Source of the DNA: Lewinellaceae bacterium
Lineage (GTDB): Bacteria > Bacteroidota > Bacteroidia > Chitinophagales > Saprospiraceae
Assembly (NCBI GenBank): GCA_016711435.1
Contig: JADJSY010000083.1
Span: 107,993 to 171,992 of the forward strand
DNA: 64,000 bases
Direction of reading: 5' to 3'
This document shows, in pieces, positions 46,034-54,238 of the stretch. The first letter of the stretch is position 1. Each line of letters opens with the position of its first letter. The notes beneath the pieces are model-generated. The model was not told the DNA's origin, did no database searches, and saw nothing but the letters and a program-made list of their open reading frames with translations. The translations under genes were made by a program, and so were the position numbers.

Positions 46034-46924
46034 ATGCAACGCACCGACATGCCTTCCCGCCCGCCTTCTTCTTTCGACTGGTTTTTGATGTTTGTATTAG
46101 CCTCCGTTTGGGGCGCTTCCTTTATATTTATCAAACATTCGGTACAAATTTTTAACCCCGTTCAAATGGCCATGTGGCGCATGGTGATGGCAACTATGTT
46201 GTACCTCCCCATCGCTGCGGCATTCTGGTCTAAAATCGACTGGACGCGCTGGAAATCGCTGCTGGTTGTGGCTTTTTGCGGCTCGGCCATTCCTAATTTT
46301 CTGTTTGCCCTGGCTCAGCAGCATGTAAACAGCAGCCTGGCAGGCGTACTGAATTCGCTCACGCCGTTGTTCACGCTGCTCCTCGGCGTGGCTTTTTTTA
46401 AAATGGAATTTACCCGTAGCAAGGTGCTGGGAGTCACCCTCGGACTCGCCGGCGCTTTCATCCTGATTCTTTTTAACAGCAAAAGCGCCGTCACCGGCAA
46501 TGCCTTTTTTGCAGGACTTTGTGCACTGGCTACCGTGTGCTACGCCATCAATGCCAACGTAGTCAATAAAAACCTGCGCGATATGCACCCGGCGGGCATC
46601 GCTTCGGCAGCATTTGTGCTCACCGGGTTCTTTTTTATCATCGGGCTTTGGTGGTCGGGAGGATGGCAGGCCGCACAACAACACGAACAAGGCTTAGAGG
46701 GCCTCGGGTATATTTTTTACCTGGCAGCCGTCGGCACGGTGGGAGGCTCTATTTTATACTTCTGGCTGCTACAGCGCACAACGGCAGTTTTTGCTACCTC
46801 GGTCACCTATATTTTACCCATCGTTGCCATGTTGTTGGGCGCCTTCGATGGAGAAGTGCTCGGCCCCATCGATATGGCCGGGGCTGCCGTGATTTTGACA
46901 GGGGTGTATATTGCGCGGAAGTAA
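46034..46924 (+). CDS. EamA/DMT family transporter
   Basis: 10 TM helices in two EamA repeats (ASVWGASFIFIK...). ATG at 46034 (alternative at 46049). Confidence 0.8.
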   Translation: MQRTDMPSRPPSSFDWFLMFVLASVWGASFIFIKHSVQIFNPVQMAMWRMVMATMLYLPIAAAFWSKIDWTRWKSLLVVAFCGSAIPNFLFALAQQHVNSSLAGVLNSLTPLFTLLLGVAFFKMEFTRSKVLGVTLGLAGAFILILFNSKSAVTGNAFFAGLCALATVCYAINANVVNKNLRDMHPAGIASAAFVLTGFFFIIGLWWSGGWQAAQQHEQGLEGLGYIFYLAAVGTVGGSILYFWLLQRTTAVFATSVTYILPIVAMLLGAFDGEVLGPIDMAGAAVILTGVYIARK

Positions 46925-46928
46925 GCGG

Positions 46929-47351
46929 TTATTGCACCCTTGTCCAGTATTGCGTCCGGTAAAACGGCCCCACGTATCCGCGTACCACAAGCGTATTGTA
47001 GTCGCCTTCTTTCATCCACATTTTGCAGTCGTACCATTTCCCTTTTTCCGGATCAAGGATATTGCCGGATTGCAGCATACCATCCTTTACAACCATATCC
47101 ACCAATAGAATCATGCCCATCAGCGGCTGGTTTTTGCGTTCACCGGGACATTTTTCGCAATGGGTGGGGGCATTCGCGCGGAGCAACTTGTTTATTTTAC
47201 CGTAAACTTTTCCGCCGGACTCATAAATCTGAATATGACTTTTGACTTCACCCGTTTCATCATCTGTCGTTTTCCAGATGCCGAATAGGGATTGCTGCGC
47301 TTGCAGTTTTCCGAAAATACACAATACGAATAGGAAAATCAGTTTTTTCAT
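46929..47351 (-). CDS. DUF2147 domain protein, secreted
   Basis: ATG at 47351. Signal peptide ...GKLQA|QQS. GIWKTTDDETGEVKSHIQIYESGGKVYGKI and GNILDPEKGKWYDCKMW are typical of DUF2147. Confidence 0.75.
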   Translation of the reverse strand: MKKLIFLFVLCIFGKLQAQQSLFGIWKTTDDETGEVKSHIQIYESGGKVYGKINKLLRANAPTHCEKCPGERKNQPLMGMILLVDMVVKDGMLQSGNILDPEKGKWYDCKMWMKEGDYNTLVVRGYVGPFYRTQYWTRVQ

Positions 47352-47411
47352 TGGAGCAAAGGTTTGAATTTTTGTTGTGTAGAGGTACTTAGAGATTTGT
47401 ATGTAGATCAC

Positions 47412-47518
47412 AATAAAGGAGAGTGTTCAGAAAAGTGTGGCACACCTAAATTAGGGTACTGATAATCAATGTAGTAGCAGAGGTGTGCCACACTTTCTTG
47501 AACACTCTCCAATAAAGG
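47412..47518. repeat. E-family MITE-like element: 30-bp inverted arms flanked by direct AATAAA
   Basis: ggagagtgttcagaaaagtgtggcacacct (47418-47447) / aggtgtgccacactttcttgaacactctcc (47481-47510). aataaa lies immediately outside both arms. Confidence 0.85.
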
Positions 47519-47618
47519 TAATATCACGTCTCTCTATGTGCAAATACCTGCCTGGTATTTTTTTAATTTGCTATATGGCGGTGCTGCCGAACCTTTTGAC
47601 ACAACCCCGACATGACAC

Positions 47619-47656
47619 AAAAAAAGCCTTGCCGATCAAAGTCAGTAGGCAAGGCT
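47619..47656 (-). terminator. Rho-independent terminator of the bTHX gene
   Basis: Stem agccttgcc (47625-47633) / ggcaaggct (47648-47656). U7 tract on the minus strand (A-run 47619-47625). Lies 24 nt after the stop. Confidence 0.7.
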
Positions 47657-47679
47657 TTTAAAAAGGACGCATCAAAAAA

Positions 47680-47802
47680 TTAATTGGCTGCAGCAGCCTG
47701 TTTTTTGATGATGGTCTTGAGTTTTTCTAATTTCGGACGGCTTTTACCGTGCGAGCCACGCGTAATTTTACCGCGTTTGGTTCTTGCATCACCTCTGCCC
47801 AT
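47680..47802 (-). CDS. 30S ribosomal protein bTHX (40 aa), below ORF-track cutoff
   Basis: MGRGDARTKRGKITRGSHGKSRPKLEKLKTIIKKQAAAAN matches the G(K/R)GD.RT.RGKI.RG..GK.RP signature of Thx. Own terminator downstream. Confidence 0.75.
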   Translation of the reverse strand: MGRGDARTKRGKITRGSHGKSRPKLEKLKTIIKKQAAAAN

Positions 47803-47956
47803 GTGGTTAGATCAGTTGAATGTGTTGAAAATAATGAATGGTATAATAAACGACCGGCAAAGTTAAGCAGTTTTTTATCAAAAAGGAGCGTTTTGACAAG
47901 GTCGAAAAAAAATGGCCATAGAGTGTTACCTCCACAGCCATCTTATAGTGGTTTTT

Positions 47957-48346
47957 TTATTCTTTATCGAAGCGTATTTCCTGAATGCTCAGGTTATTGC
48001 CGTTTACTTTCAGGTAGAGATACACCCGGTAATTGCCGGAAGCGCCCACCATGTTACCAATACAGTATTGATCGCTGTTTTCGCGGCTGGTACCTTTATG
48101 CACCTGGGTAAAAGACTTGGGCTGATTGGAGCCGAAAAAAGAACGAATTACCTCGGTTGCTTTCGCTTTAGTATATGTTTGCTCTTTATCCTGAATGGAA
48201 ATTTCAACATTATCGGCAAAATATTTTGAAAGCGCATCGGCGTTACCATCGCTCAAAGCAATAGTGATTGCATCGAGGCTTGGATTACCCTGACCGGCAA
48301 AAGCAATAGCAGGGGTTAAAAGCAAGAAGAAAAGCAGATTTTTCAT
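47957..48346 (-). CDS. DUF4783 domain protein, secreted
   Basis: ATG at 48346 with signal peptide MKNLLFFLLLTPAIAFA. ITIALSDGNADALSKYF...QA..V...FF and YRVYLYLK pattern of DUF4783. Confidence 0.6.
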   Translation of the reverse strand: MKNLLFFLLLTPAIAFAGQGNPSLDAITIALSDGNADALSKYFADNVEISIQDKEQTYTKAKATEVIRSFFGSNQPKSFTQVHKGTSRENSDQYCIGNMVGASGNYRVYLYLKVNGNNLSIQEIRFDKE

Positions 48347-48488
48347 TGCGTCAGTTGTAGATTTGATGTTCGAAGAAACGAACGTTTGAATTTTAAACGT
48401 CATTCTTAAACAATGTAACTGTCAATAGTGACTTTGTAGTGTCAATACAAAGTTAATGCCGTTTCTACTCGCTATAAGATGTTGAGTG

Positions 48489-49355
48489 TTAAAGTTTTAG
48501 AATTTTAACAATCTTGCGGTATTTCATACTATTTACGGATAAATAGTAAGTGCCGGCCTCCCAGTTTTCCGTCGGTATCTGATAGTTGCTGATACCGGCA
48601 GGCAGGTTAAGCGCCGATGACCAGATCGAGCTCCCGGACAAATTGTATGCCGTCAACTGGTATTGGCCGGCCTGCTGCAGGTTCAATTCCAACTGTGCCA
48701 CATCGCTTACCGGGTTGGGGCTTACGCTTACAAGGGGGACAGCGGATACCTGTTCATCGCCCGACGAAAGCGTAATTTCTTCAAAAAGCCGGAGCGAGGT
48801 ATTGGATGCGCCATCTCCGTCACTGTTATTATTTCCATTGACGGCATTTCCTGCGGCGTAAAAAGTAACACTTCCGGTTCCGGCTGCCGGAGCCGTCCAG
48901 CGCACATTAAAGATATTGGAAGCGGATGTATTAGCATGTTCAGCATAGGTACGTCCATTGTTTATGGTAGCGATCTTGTAGTTATTGGGATTAATATCGC
49001 TGAATCCGTCGAGGTCGATGTTGCCGGTGTCGCGAAGCGCAATCATCTGGAAACCATAACCTGATAAACCCGTGCCGGAAGCATTGACGCTTACCCTTGC
49101 ATTGTATAATCTGCCCGGCGTATAATGTGTAATGGCAACACCGCCGGTGTCCAGCACCTGCACAAAGACGATGGAATTAAAGGCGTTGTCATCATGGCAT
49201 CCGGTGCAAGTGAGCGGGGCGCCGTTCAGGGTTTGGTCGCCGGGTGCGCCGGTATTGCCTGCGCCCGATTGAGAAGCCCTGCCGTTTTTGTTACCGGACA
49301 AGGTTAGCAGGCCGATAAATGCCAGGAAAAAGAAAACAGAAAGGCGGATTTTCAT
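48489..49355 (-). CDS. Secreted protein with T9SS type A C-terminal sorting domain and an N-terminal CxxCH motif
   Basis: ATG at 49355 with signal peptide MKIRLSVFFFLAFIGLL. GNTGAPGDQT..PLTCTGCHDD. C-terminal VSVSPNPVSDVAQLEL...GTYYLSV....KIVKIL is a por-secretion-tail pattern. Confidence 0.8.
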   Translation of the reverse strand: MKIRLSVFFFLAFIGLLTLSGNKNGRASQSGAGNTGAPGDQTLNGAPLTCTGCHDDNAFNSIVFVQVLDTGGVAITHYTPGRLYNARVSVNASGTGLSGYGFQMIALRDTGNIDLDGFSDINPNNYKIATINNGRTYAEHANTSASNIFNVRWTAPAAGTGSVTFYAAGNAVNGNNNSDGDGASNTSLRLFEEITLSSGDEQVSAVPLVSVSPNPVSDVAQLELNLQQAGQYQLTAYNLSGSSIWSSALNLPAGISNYQIPTENWEAGTYYLSVNSMKYRKIVKILKL

Positions 49356-49507
49356 TTTAAAAAAGAAGATTGGAAAGTAAGGATGAAAAATGTTGCTGCT
49401 GTGTTGCGCAATGCTTGGACAGCAAACGCCTGCAAAAGTTGAAATTCCGGCGGGAAATAAATGTATATTTTCATCCAAATGCCCGATTCTTTCAACGAGC
49501 CACGGTG

Positions 49508-49555
49508 TAAAATAAAAATCCCGGATTGTTCTTCGGGGGAAGAAAAATCCGGGAT
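49508..49555 (-). terminator. Rho-independent terminator
   Basis: 10-bp stem atcccggatt (49518-49527) / aatccgggat (49546-49555). U-rich tail on the minus strand (aaaataaaaa at 49508-49517). Lies 22 nt after the stop at 49577. Confidence 0.6.
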
Positions 49556-49576
49556 GAATCGGCAAGCGGCATCAAG

Positions 49577-49813
49577 TCAGGACTGTGCTTCCAACATGGA
49601 TTTGGCACTGTACTGCAGGATGTTGTTCAGCGTTCCGGTAGCCGGTACAAACTGAACTTTTGGGAACTGGGCTTTTGCTGAAGCAAGGCCGTGAAAAACA
49701 GCCAGCATTTCAATATCGTCTTCCAGCGAATTGGTCATCTCAGTAACTTCCTGAGCAGACAGTTCATGGTAGAGAAATTGTACCAGAGCATCGTATGTGT
49801 ATGTTTCTTCCAT
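49577..49813 (-). CDS. Hypothetical acidic protein (78 aa)
   Basis: ORF with its own terminator. No motif recognised. Confidence 0.45.
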   Translation of the reverse strand: MEETYTYDALVQFLYHELSAQEVTEMTNSLEDDIEMLAVFHGLASAKAQFPKVQFVPATGTLNNILQYSAKSMLEAQS

Positions 49814-50017
49814 AGGCCCTCTAAGGCGTTTTAAAAATTTATAATGTTAAAAACGGTAATTAAACAACAGGTAGCGGCGGTATATTGCTTTCCAGCGGTT
49901 AATATTTTGAATTTTAACATTAGACAAAGAAATCATCTCATTTGCTTATCCCCATTCAGGATGAACAGATGATGCTTGATGCAATCTCCGGGGAAATAGT
50001 TGTCTGCTTCTGCGCAA

Positions 50018-50446
50018 TCAGCGAATATCCCATTTTTTCGTTTTAAAAAAACGAACCATTAGGTACAAAAGCAGGCCTGCCGGGCCGGTGAGCATGGTGA
50101 GCAGCAGGCTGGGAATGACAAAAATGTGTCCGATTTTTAGTTGCCGGGCATCGTGGGTTTGCCAGGTACCCACCAGCAGGCAAAACGACAGGTAATTGAG
50201 CCAGCCGGTCAGCAGCATTTCCTTGCTGCGGAATAAATTTTCAAAACCCTCTAAGGATAAAAAACTCCCTCCCCCCTCGCTGCGGGTCAGGTAGCGAAAC
50301 GTAAAAATGGCGGCGGCGACCAACAAAATAGTGGCCGAGCCGAAAGCGATCGGCTCGGTAAAACGACCATTGGGCGCCAGAATGAGCAGCAGCCAGGGTA
50401 GAAAAATAAGAATACTCGCGTACCAGTAAAAATTGTCGGCAGACAT
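50018..50446 (-). CDS. DUF4281 (ABA4-like) membrane protein
   Basis: 4 TM helices. FLPWLLLILAPN and GWLNYLSFCLLVGTW resemble the ABA4-like family. Confidence 0.55.
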   Translation of the reverse strand: MSADNFYWYASILIFLPWLLLILAPNGRFTEPIAFGSATILLVAAAIFTFRYLTRSEGGGSFLSLEGFENLFRSKEMLLTGWLNYLSFCLLVGTWQTHDARQLKIGHIFVIPSLLLTMLTGPAGLLLYLMVRFFKTKKWDIR

Positions 50447-50451
50447 GCGAA

Positions 50452-50507
50452 GGTTAGTTATTAGTTATCCGTTATTGGTTATCAGTGTTGATAATCAAGC
50501 ATTTACA
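50452..50507. repeat. G-family cassette, truncated (words plus TTGATAATCAA, no -7 box)
   Basis: ggttagttattagttatccgttattggttatcagtgTTGATAATCAAgcatttacag. Confidence 0.8.
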
Positions 50508-50525
50508 GCATTACGAAAGTGCGGC

Positions 50526-51383
50526 TCAGGCAATTTTCAAGCTCAGATCCAGCGGCTGCGCGGAATGTGTGAGGGCGCCCGCAGAAATAAAATTGACGCC
50601 CGTTTGGGCGTATTTCCGCACATTGTAGAGGTTGATTCCGCCGCTGGCTTCCGTTTCAAACAGATCGCCAACCATGGCAACGGCTTCAGCCAGGATCGGA
50701 ATTTCAAAATTATCGAACATAATGCGGGTGATACCGCCGATTTGCAGCACTTCTTCCACTTCCACCAGGTTGCGCACTTCTACGGTAATGCCCAGTTGAA
50801 GGCCTTTTTCCTGCTGGTATTGTTGCGCCCGCCCGATGGCATTGCGGATACCACCCGCAGCGTCGACGTGGTTATCCTTGATCATCATCCAGTCGTACAG
50901 ACCCCAGCGGTAATTTTCGCAGCCGCCTATTTTGACCGCCCATTTTTCCAGAAAACGAATGAGCGGGGTCGTTTTGCGGGTATCGAGCACTTTTACAGGC
51001 AGGTCGCCCACCTCAAAAGCAAAACGACTGCTCAAAGTGGCGATACCGCTCATGCGTTGCATCGCATTGAGAACAAGGCGCTCGGCTTGTAACAGGGCGC
51101 GGGAATTACCTTCCACCTCGAAAGCCACCTCGCCGAAAAGCACATCCGTTCCGTCGGGTTTATGGACGGTTACCTTTGAAGTCGGGTCGATGTGTTTAAA
51201 AATTTGTTCTGCCAGTTCCACGCCGGCTATCACGCCGTAGTCTTTAACTTTTAACACAGCCCGGTTGCGGCTGTCCGCCGGAATAGTAGCAAGTGAAGTG
51301 TGGTCGCCTTCCCGAATGTCTTCGTATAAACCGGCTACGATAAAGTCGTGTATCTGCTGATCGGTAATCTGTGCTGGTCGCAT
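50526..51383 (-). CDS. nadC: Nicotinate-nucleotide diphosphorylase (carboxylating)
   Basis: LDTRKT.P, KDNH, and FDNF...GGI motifs of quinolinate phosphoribosyltransferase. 285 aa. Confidence 0.9.
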   Translation of the reverse strand: MRPAQITDQQIHDFIVAGLYEDIREGDHTSLATIPADSRNRAVLKVKDYGVIAGVELAEQIFKHIDPTSKVTVHKPDGTDVLFGEVAFEVEGNSRALLQAERLVLNAMQRMSGIATLSSRFAFEVGDLPVKVLDTRKTTPLIRFLEKWAVKIGGCENYRWGLYDWMMIKDNHVDAAGGIRNAIGRAQQYQQEKGLQLGITVEVRNLVEVEEVLQIGGITRIMFDNFEIPILAEAVAMVGDLFETEASGGINLYNVRKYAQTGVNFISAGALTHSAQPLDLSLKIA

Positions 51384-51493
51384 TATTTAAAAAACTTTAA
51401 TAAGGTAACAGGGTGATTGGAGAATGATTTTATGCAAAATGTAATGAAAATCAGGGTGTTGCAAAAAAAATGTAATAAACGAACCTTTCCTGC

Positions 51494-52057
51494 TTACGCT
51501 GTTTTCCACTTGATATTACAGCCGCCCGAAGCTCGCTGCATGGAAGAAACCGGTTGATCGGCTAAAACGGCGTCCAACGCTGCCCGAAGATCTTCGCCGG
51601 TGCTCGGAATGGGGTTTCGTTTGGGTCGGCTGGGGTCGAGTTGTCCGCGGTAGACTAACTTCCGCTCACTGTCGAAAACGTAAAAATCCGGGGTGCAGGC
51701 GGCCTCGTATACACGGGCAACAGCCTGCGATTCGTCGTAAAGGTACGGAAATGTATAACCTACTGACCGGGCGTGTTCCGGCATTTTATCCGGGGCGTCT
51801 TCGGGGTAGTTGTCGGCGTCGTTGCTGTTGATACCGACGAAAGAAACACCACGTGTCTGATAGTCGGAAACGATCCGCACAATCTCCGGGTTGACATACA
51901 ACACATAAGGGCAGTGGTTGCAAAGAAACATCACCACTGTAGCGCGGCCTTTCGGCAGACCGCTGAGTCGCAGCGTCCGGCCTGTTGCAGGTTCGGGCAA
52001 TTCAAAATCCGGGGCCACTGTACCCAGCGGAAGCATATTTGATTCGGTGTAGGCCAT
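51494..52057 (-). CDS. Thioredoxin-fold redoxin (AhpC/TSA-like, CxxC)
   Basis: ATG at 52057. APDFELPE...VVMFLCNHCPYV motif. Confidence 0.8.
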   Translation of the reverse strand: MAYTESNMLPLGTVAPDFELPEPATGRTLRLSGLPKGRATVVMFLCNHCPYVLYVNPEIVRIVSDYQTRGVSFVGINSNDADNYPEDAPDKMPEHARSVGYTFPYLYDESQAVARVYEAACTPDFYVFDSERKLVYRGQLDPSRPKRNPIPSTGEDLRAALDAVLADQPVSSMQRASGGCNIKWKTA

Positions 52058-52067
52058 TTTTGTTGTT

Positions 52068-52184
52068 GAGGGTTGATAGGGTTGATGAAGGTTGATGTAC
52101 ATCCGCTCGAAAATGAAACGATTTTACTCATTTCGAGCGGATGTATATCAACCTTCATCAACCCTTATAAACCTTCATAAACCC
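52068..52184. repeat. B-like palindrome built from TCATCAACC words (variant core)
   Basis: gagggttgatagggttgatgaaggttgatgtacatccgctcgaaa ... tttcgagcggatgtatatcaaccttcatcaacccttataaaccttcataaaccc. Confidence 0.85.
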
Positions 52185-52195
52185 ATAAATATCAT

Positions 52196-53005
52196 TCATT
52201 TACACTGTTGATTGATCCCGCCCACATAGTGCTGTATGATGCCGATTTCGGCGGCCAGTTCGGCGCCTTTAAATCCTTTGATGTCGCTTGCTGTGATGGT
52301 TTTTTGATATTCATCCAGCAAAGGTTTGCTCAGGGGCGTGTATGACCAATGCCATTTTTCTTCGTGGTAGCCATTCGGGCGGCCTGCCGTATAGGGTTGG
52401 CAGAATCCGTATTCGTGGGCGTGTTCATTGAGCCAGGCATATACCTTCTGGTATTTTCCGCCGGTTTCGAAGGCGGCATTGTTCAAGTCGTTCAAATCAA
52501 TGTCGCTGCCCCAATGGTGGCGCGAGGAGCCGGGCATGGAAGAAAATTCAAGAATTTTGAGGGCGCGGTTTTTGGGCAGCGGGGCGTCTTTGGCAAAACG
52601 TTCCCATTTGGCTTCCCAGATGTTTTTTTGTTGCCCGAAACTGCGCGTGGAGGAAATGATTTTCAGTACAACTTTATCCTTTTGGGCCGCTGCCCACATT
52701 TTTTTAAATGCTTCGAAACTTTCTTTTCGCAGCATCATGCCTGCCCGGTCCGTATAGGGTTTGCCAACTTTTACGAAGTCGGGATGTGTGGCCGGATCAA
52801 ATTTGCCGAGCAGGTAATCGCTGTCGGCATCGGGCACAGTTACGGCTGCGGCGCTTGCTGCCGCGCCGGCAACAAGTGTAGCGGCCATAGTATCGCTTGC
52901 TACCGGCGCGGCGACTTTGAGCGGCACACCACTTGCTTCCGATGATGGGTCGCTTCCCTGGCAAGCCTGAAAAAAAAGGCTGAACGCCCAAAAAAATATA
53001 TACAT
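52196..53005 (-). CDS. M15-family D-alanyl-D-alanine carboxypeptidase (VanY-like), lipoprotein
   Basis: ATG at 53005. Lipobox LFFQAC|QG. SSTRSF..Q, SRHHWGSDIDL and EKWHWSY zinc-site motifs. Confidence 0.8.
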   Translation of the reverse strand: MYIFFWAFSLFFQACQGSDPSSEASGVPLKVAAPVASDTMAATLVAGAAASAAAVTVPDADSDYLLGKFDPATHPDFVKVGKPYTDRAGMMLRKESFEAFKKMWAAAQKDKVVLKIISSTRSFGQQKNIWEAKWERFAKDAPLPKNRALKILEFSSMPGSSRHHWGSDIDLNDLNNAAFETGGKYQKVYAWLNEHAHEYGFCQPYTAGRPNGYHEEKWHWSYTPLSKPLLDEYQKTITASDIKGFKGAELAAEIGIIQHYVGGINQQCK

Positions 53006-53039
53006 CTCGTATTTCACCGTTTGTAAAATTAAGTGCGTA

Positions 53040-53074
53040 TTCAACACTGATAACTAATAACGGATAACTATTTA
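53040..53074. repeat. G-family word fragment in inverted orientation
   Basis: The reverse complement reads taaatagttatccgttattagttatcagtgttga. Confidence 0.6.
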
Positions 53075-53075
53075 C

Positions 53076-53375
53076 TTACTCGGCGCTTTCAATTATTTTT
53101 TTCAACGCTGTTTTGGTTTGTGTCCCCGCTTCGCTCCAAAGCAATTGCCCGTTTTTATACAGCATAAAAGTAGGAACGCCCATTACTTTCATCTGTACGG
53201 CCAGGTCTGTATGCTCGTCCACATCAATTTTTACGATCTGCACACGATCTCCCAATTCGGCTGTTAATTCATCCAGTATGGGAGTCATTGCACGGCAGGG
53301 GCCGCACCAGGTCGCCCAAAAATCAATGAGCACAGGTACGTCAGACTGGATGATCTGATCAAAAGAAGACGTCAT
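53076..53375 (-). CDS. trxA: Thioredoxin
   Basis: 99 aa. VLIDFWATWCGPCR active site. Confidence 0.9.
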   Translation of the reverse strand: MTSSFDQIIQSDVPVLIDFWATWCGPCRAMTPILDELTAELGDRVQIVKIDVDEHTDLAVQMKVMGVPTFMLYKNGQLLWSEAGTQTKTALKKIIESAE

Positions 53376-53376
53376 G

Positions 53377-53459
53377 TAGTTATCAGTTATTAGTTATCAG
53401 TTATCCGTGTTGATAATCAAGTATTTGTAAAAAATCTAGGCAAAACTAATTTTACACAC
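53377..53459. repeat. G-family intergenic cassette (full copy)
   Basis: gtagttatcagttattagttatcagttatccgtgTTGATAATCAAgtaTTTGtaaaaaatctaggcaaaacTAATTTTA. Starts 2 nt from the trxA start codon. Confidence 0.85.
53424..53454 (+). promoter_or_regulatory. Candidate promoter in G cassette (-33 TTTG, 19 nt, TAATTTTA); minus strand reads TAGTTTTG toward trxA
   Basis: TTTG at 53424-53427. TAATTTTA at 53447-53454 (last base deviates from consensus). The reverse complement of 53441-53448 is TAGTTTTG. Confidence 0.3.
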
Positions 53460-53521
53460 CTGCATTTGTTTGTATCTATTTGCCGCATAGTTCACAGATG
53501 TTAAAAGGTAATCAAAACGGG

Positions 53522-53562
53522 CTATGTGATCTATGTTTTTTTCTATGTATCTATGTGGTAAA
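53522..53562. repeat. D-family half copy
   Basis: ctatgtgatctatgtttttttctatgtatctatgtggtaaa, compared with the D1 right arm tgtgatctatgtggagtttctatgtgcctattgtggtaaa. Confidence 0.7.
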
Positions 53563-53736
53563 CAATAGATGATGACCCAAAACGGGCGCAAGATAGGGCT
53601 TTGTTATTACCTGCCCTAAAGCGGTTGAATACAGAGCGAGAGCGGCTTTCCGGCTATTTTCGCCGGCGAGGTCGGAGCGAATTTCGATTTTTGACCATTC
53701 CTGTTAATTCAAACTTTTCTGTACAAATCCTTTTTT

Positions 53737-54201
53737 ATGAAAAACGTTCGATTCCCCTTACTTGTTCTGTCTTTATGCCTGGTATTGCCGCTGATGGCCC
53801 AAAAAGAAGAGAAAAGTGAAAAAGCCATCAAGGCCGTCATCAACCAGTTTTTTGAAGGGCTGGAAAAAGGCGATACGGCATTGCTGAAAAGCACCTGCAC
53901 CAGTCAGCCTGTTTTACAAACCTATATGGCTGACCGGGATGGCAAATGGCAGGTTTTTACCGAAAATTTTAGTGAATTTGTGACATTCGTTGGAACGCCT
54001 ACCAAGGACAAATACAAAGAACAAATCGAATTCGACGCCGTGTTGAGCGAGGCATCGCTGGCAAGCGTCTGGACGCCGTACAAGTTTTACCTCAACGGTA
54101 AAATATCGCATTGCGGCACCAATTCTTTTCAGTTGGTGAAAATGGAAGACGGCTGGAAAATCCAGTACATCCTGGACACGCGGCGAAAAGCTTGCAAGTA
54201 A
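53737..54201 (+). CDS. NTF2-fold (SnoaL/lumazine-binding-like) protein, secreted
   Basis: Signal peptide ...LPLMA|QKE. About 130-aa alpha+beta pattern ending FQLVKMEDGWKI. Confidence 0.6.
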   Translation: MKNVRFPLLVLSLCLVLPLMAQKEEKSEKAIKAVINQFFEGLEKGDTALLKSTCTSQPVLQTYMADRDGKWQVFTENFSEFVTFVGTPTKDKYKEQIEFDAVLSEASLASVWTPYKFYLNGKISHCGTNSFQLVKMEDGWKIQYILDTRRKACK

Positions 54202-54238
54202 AAGTCCAGATGTGATGCAGGTGCGCTAATTTTGCAAG

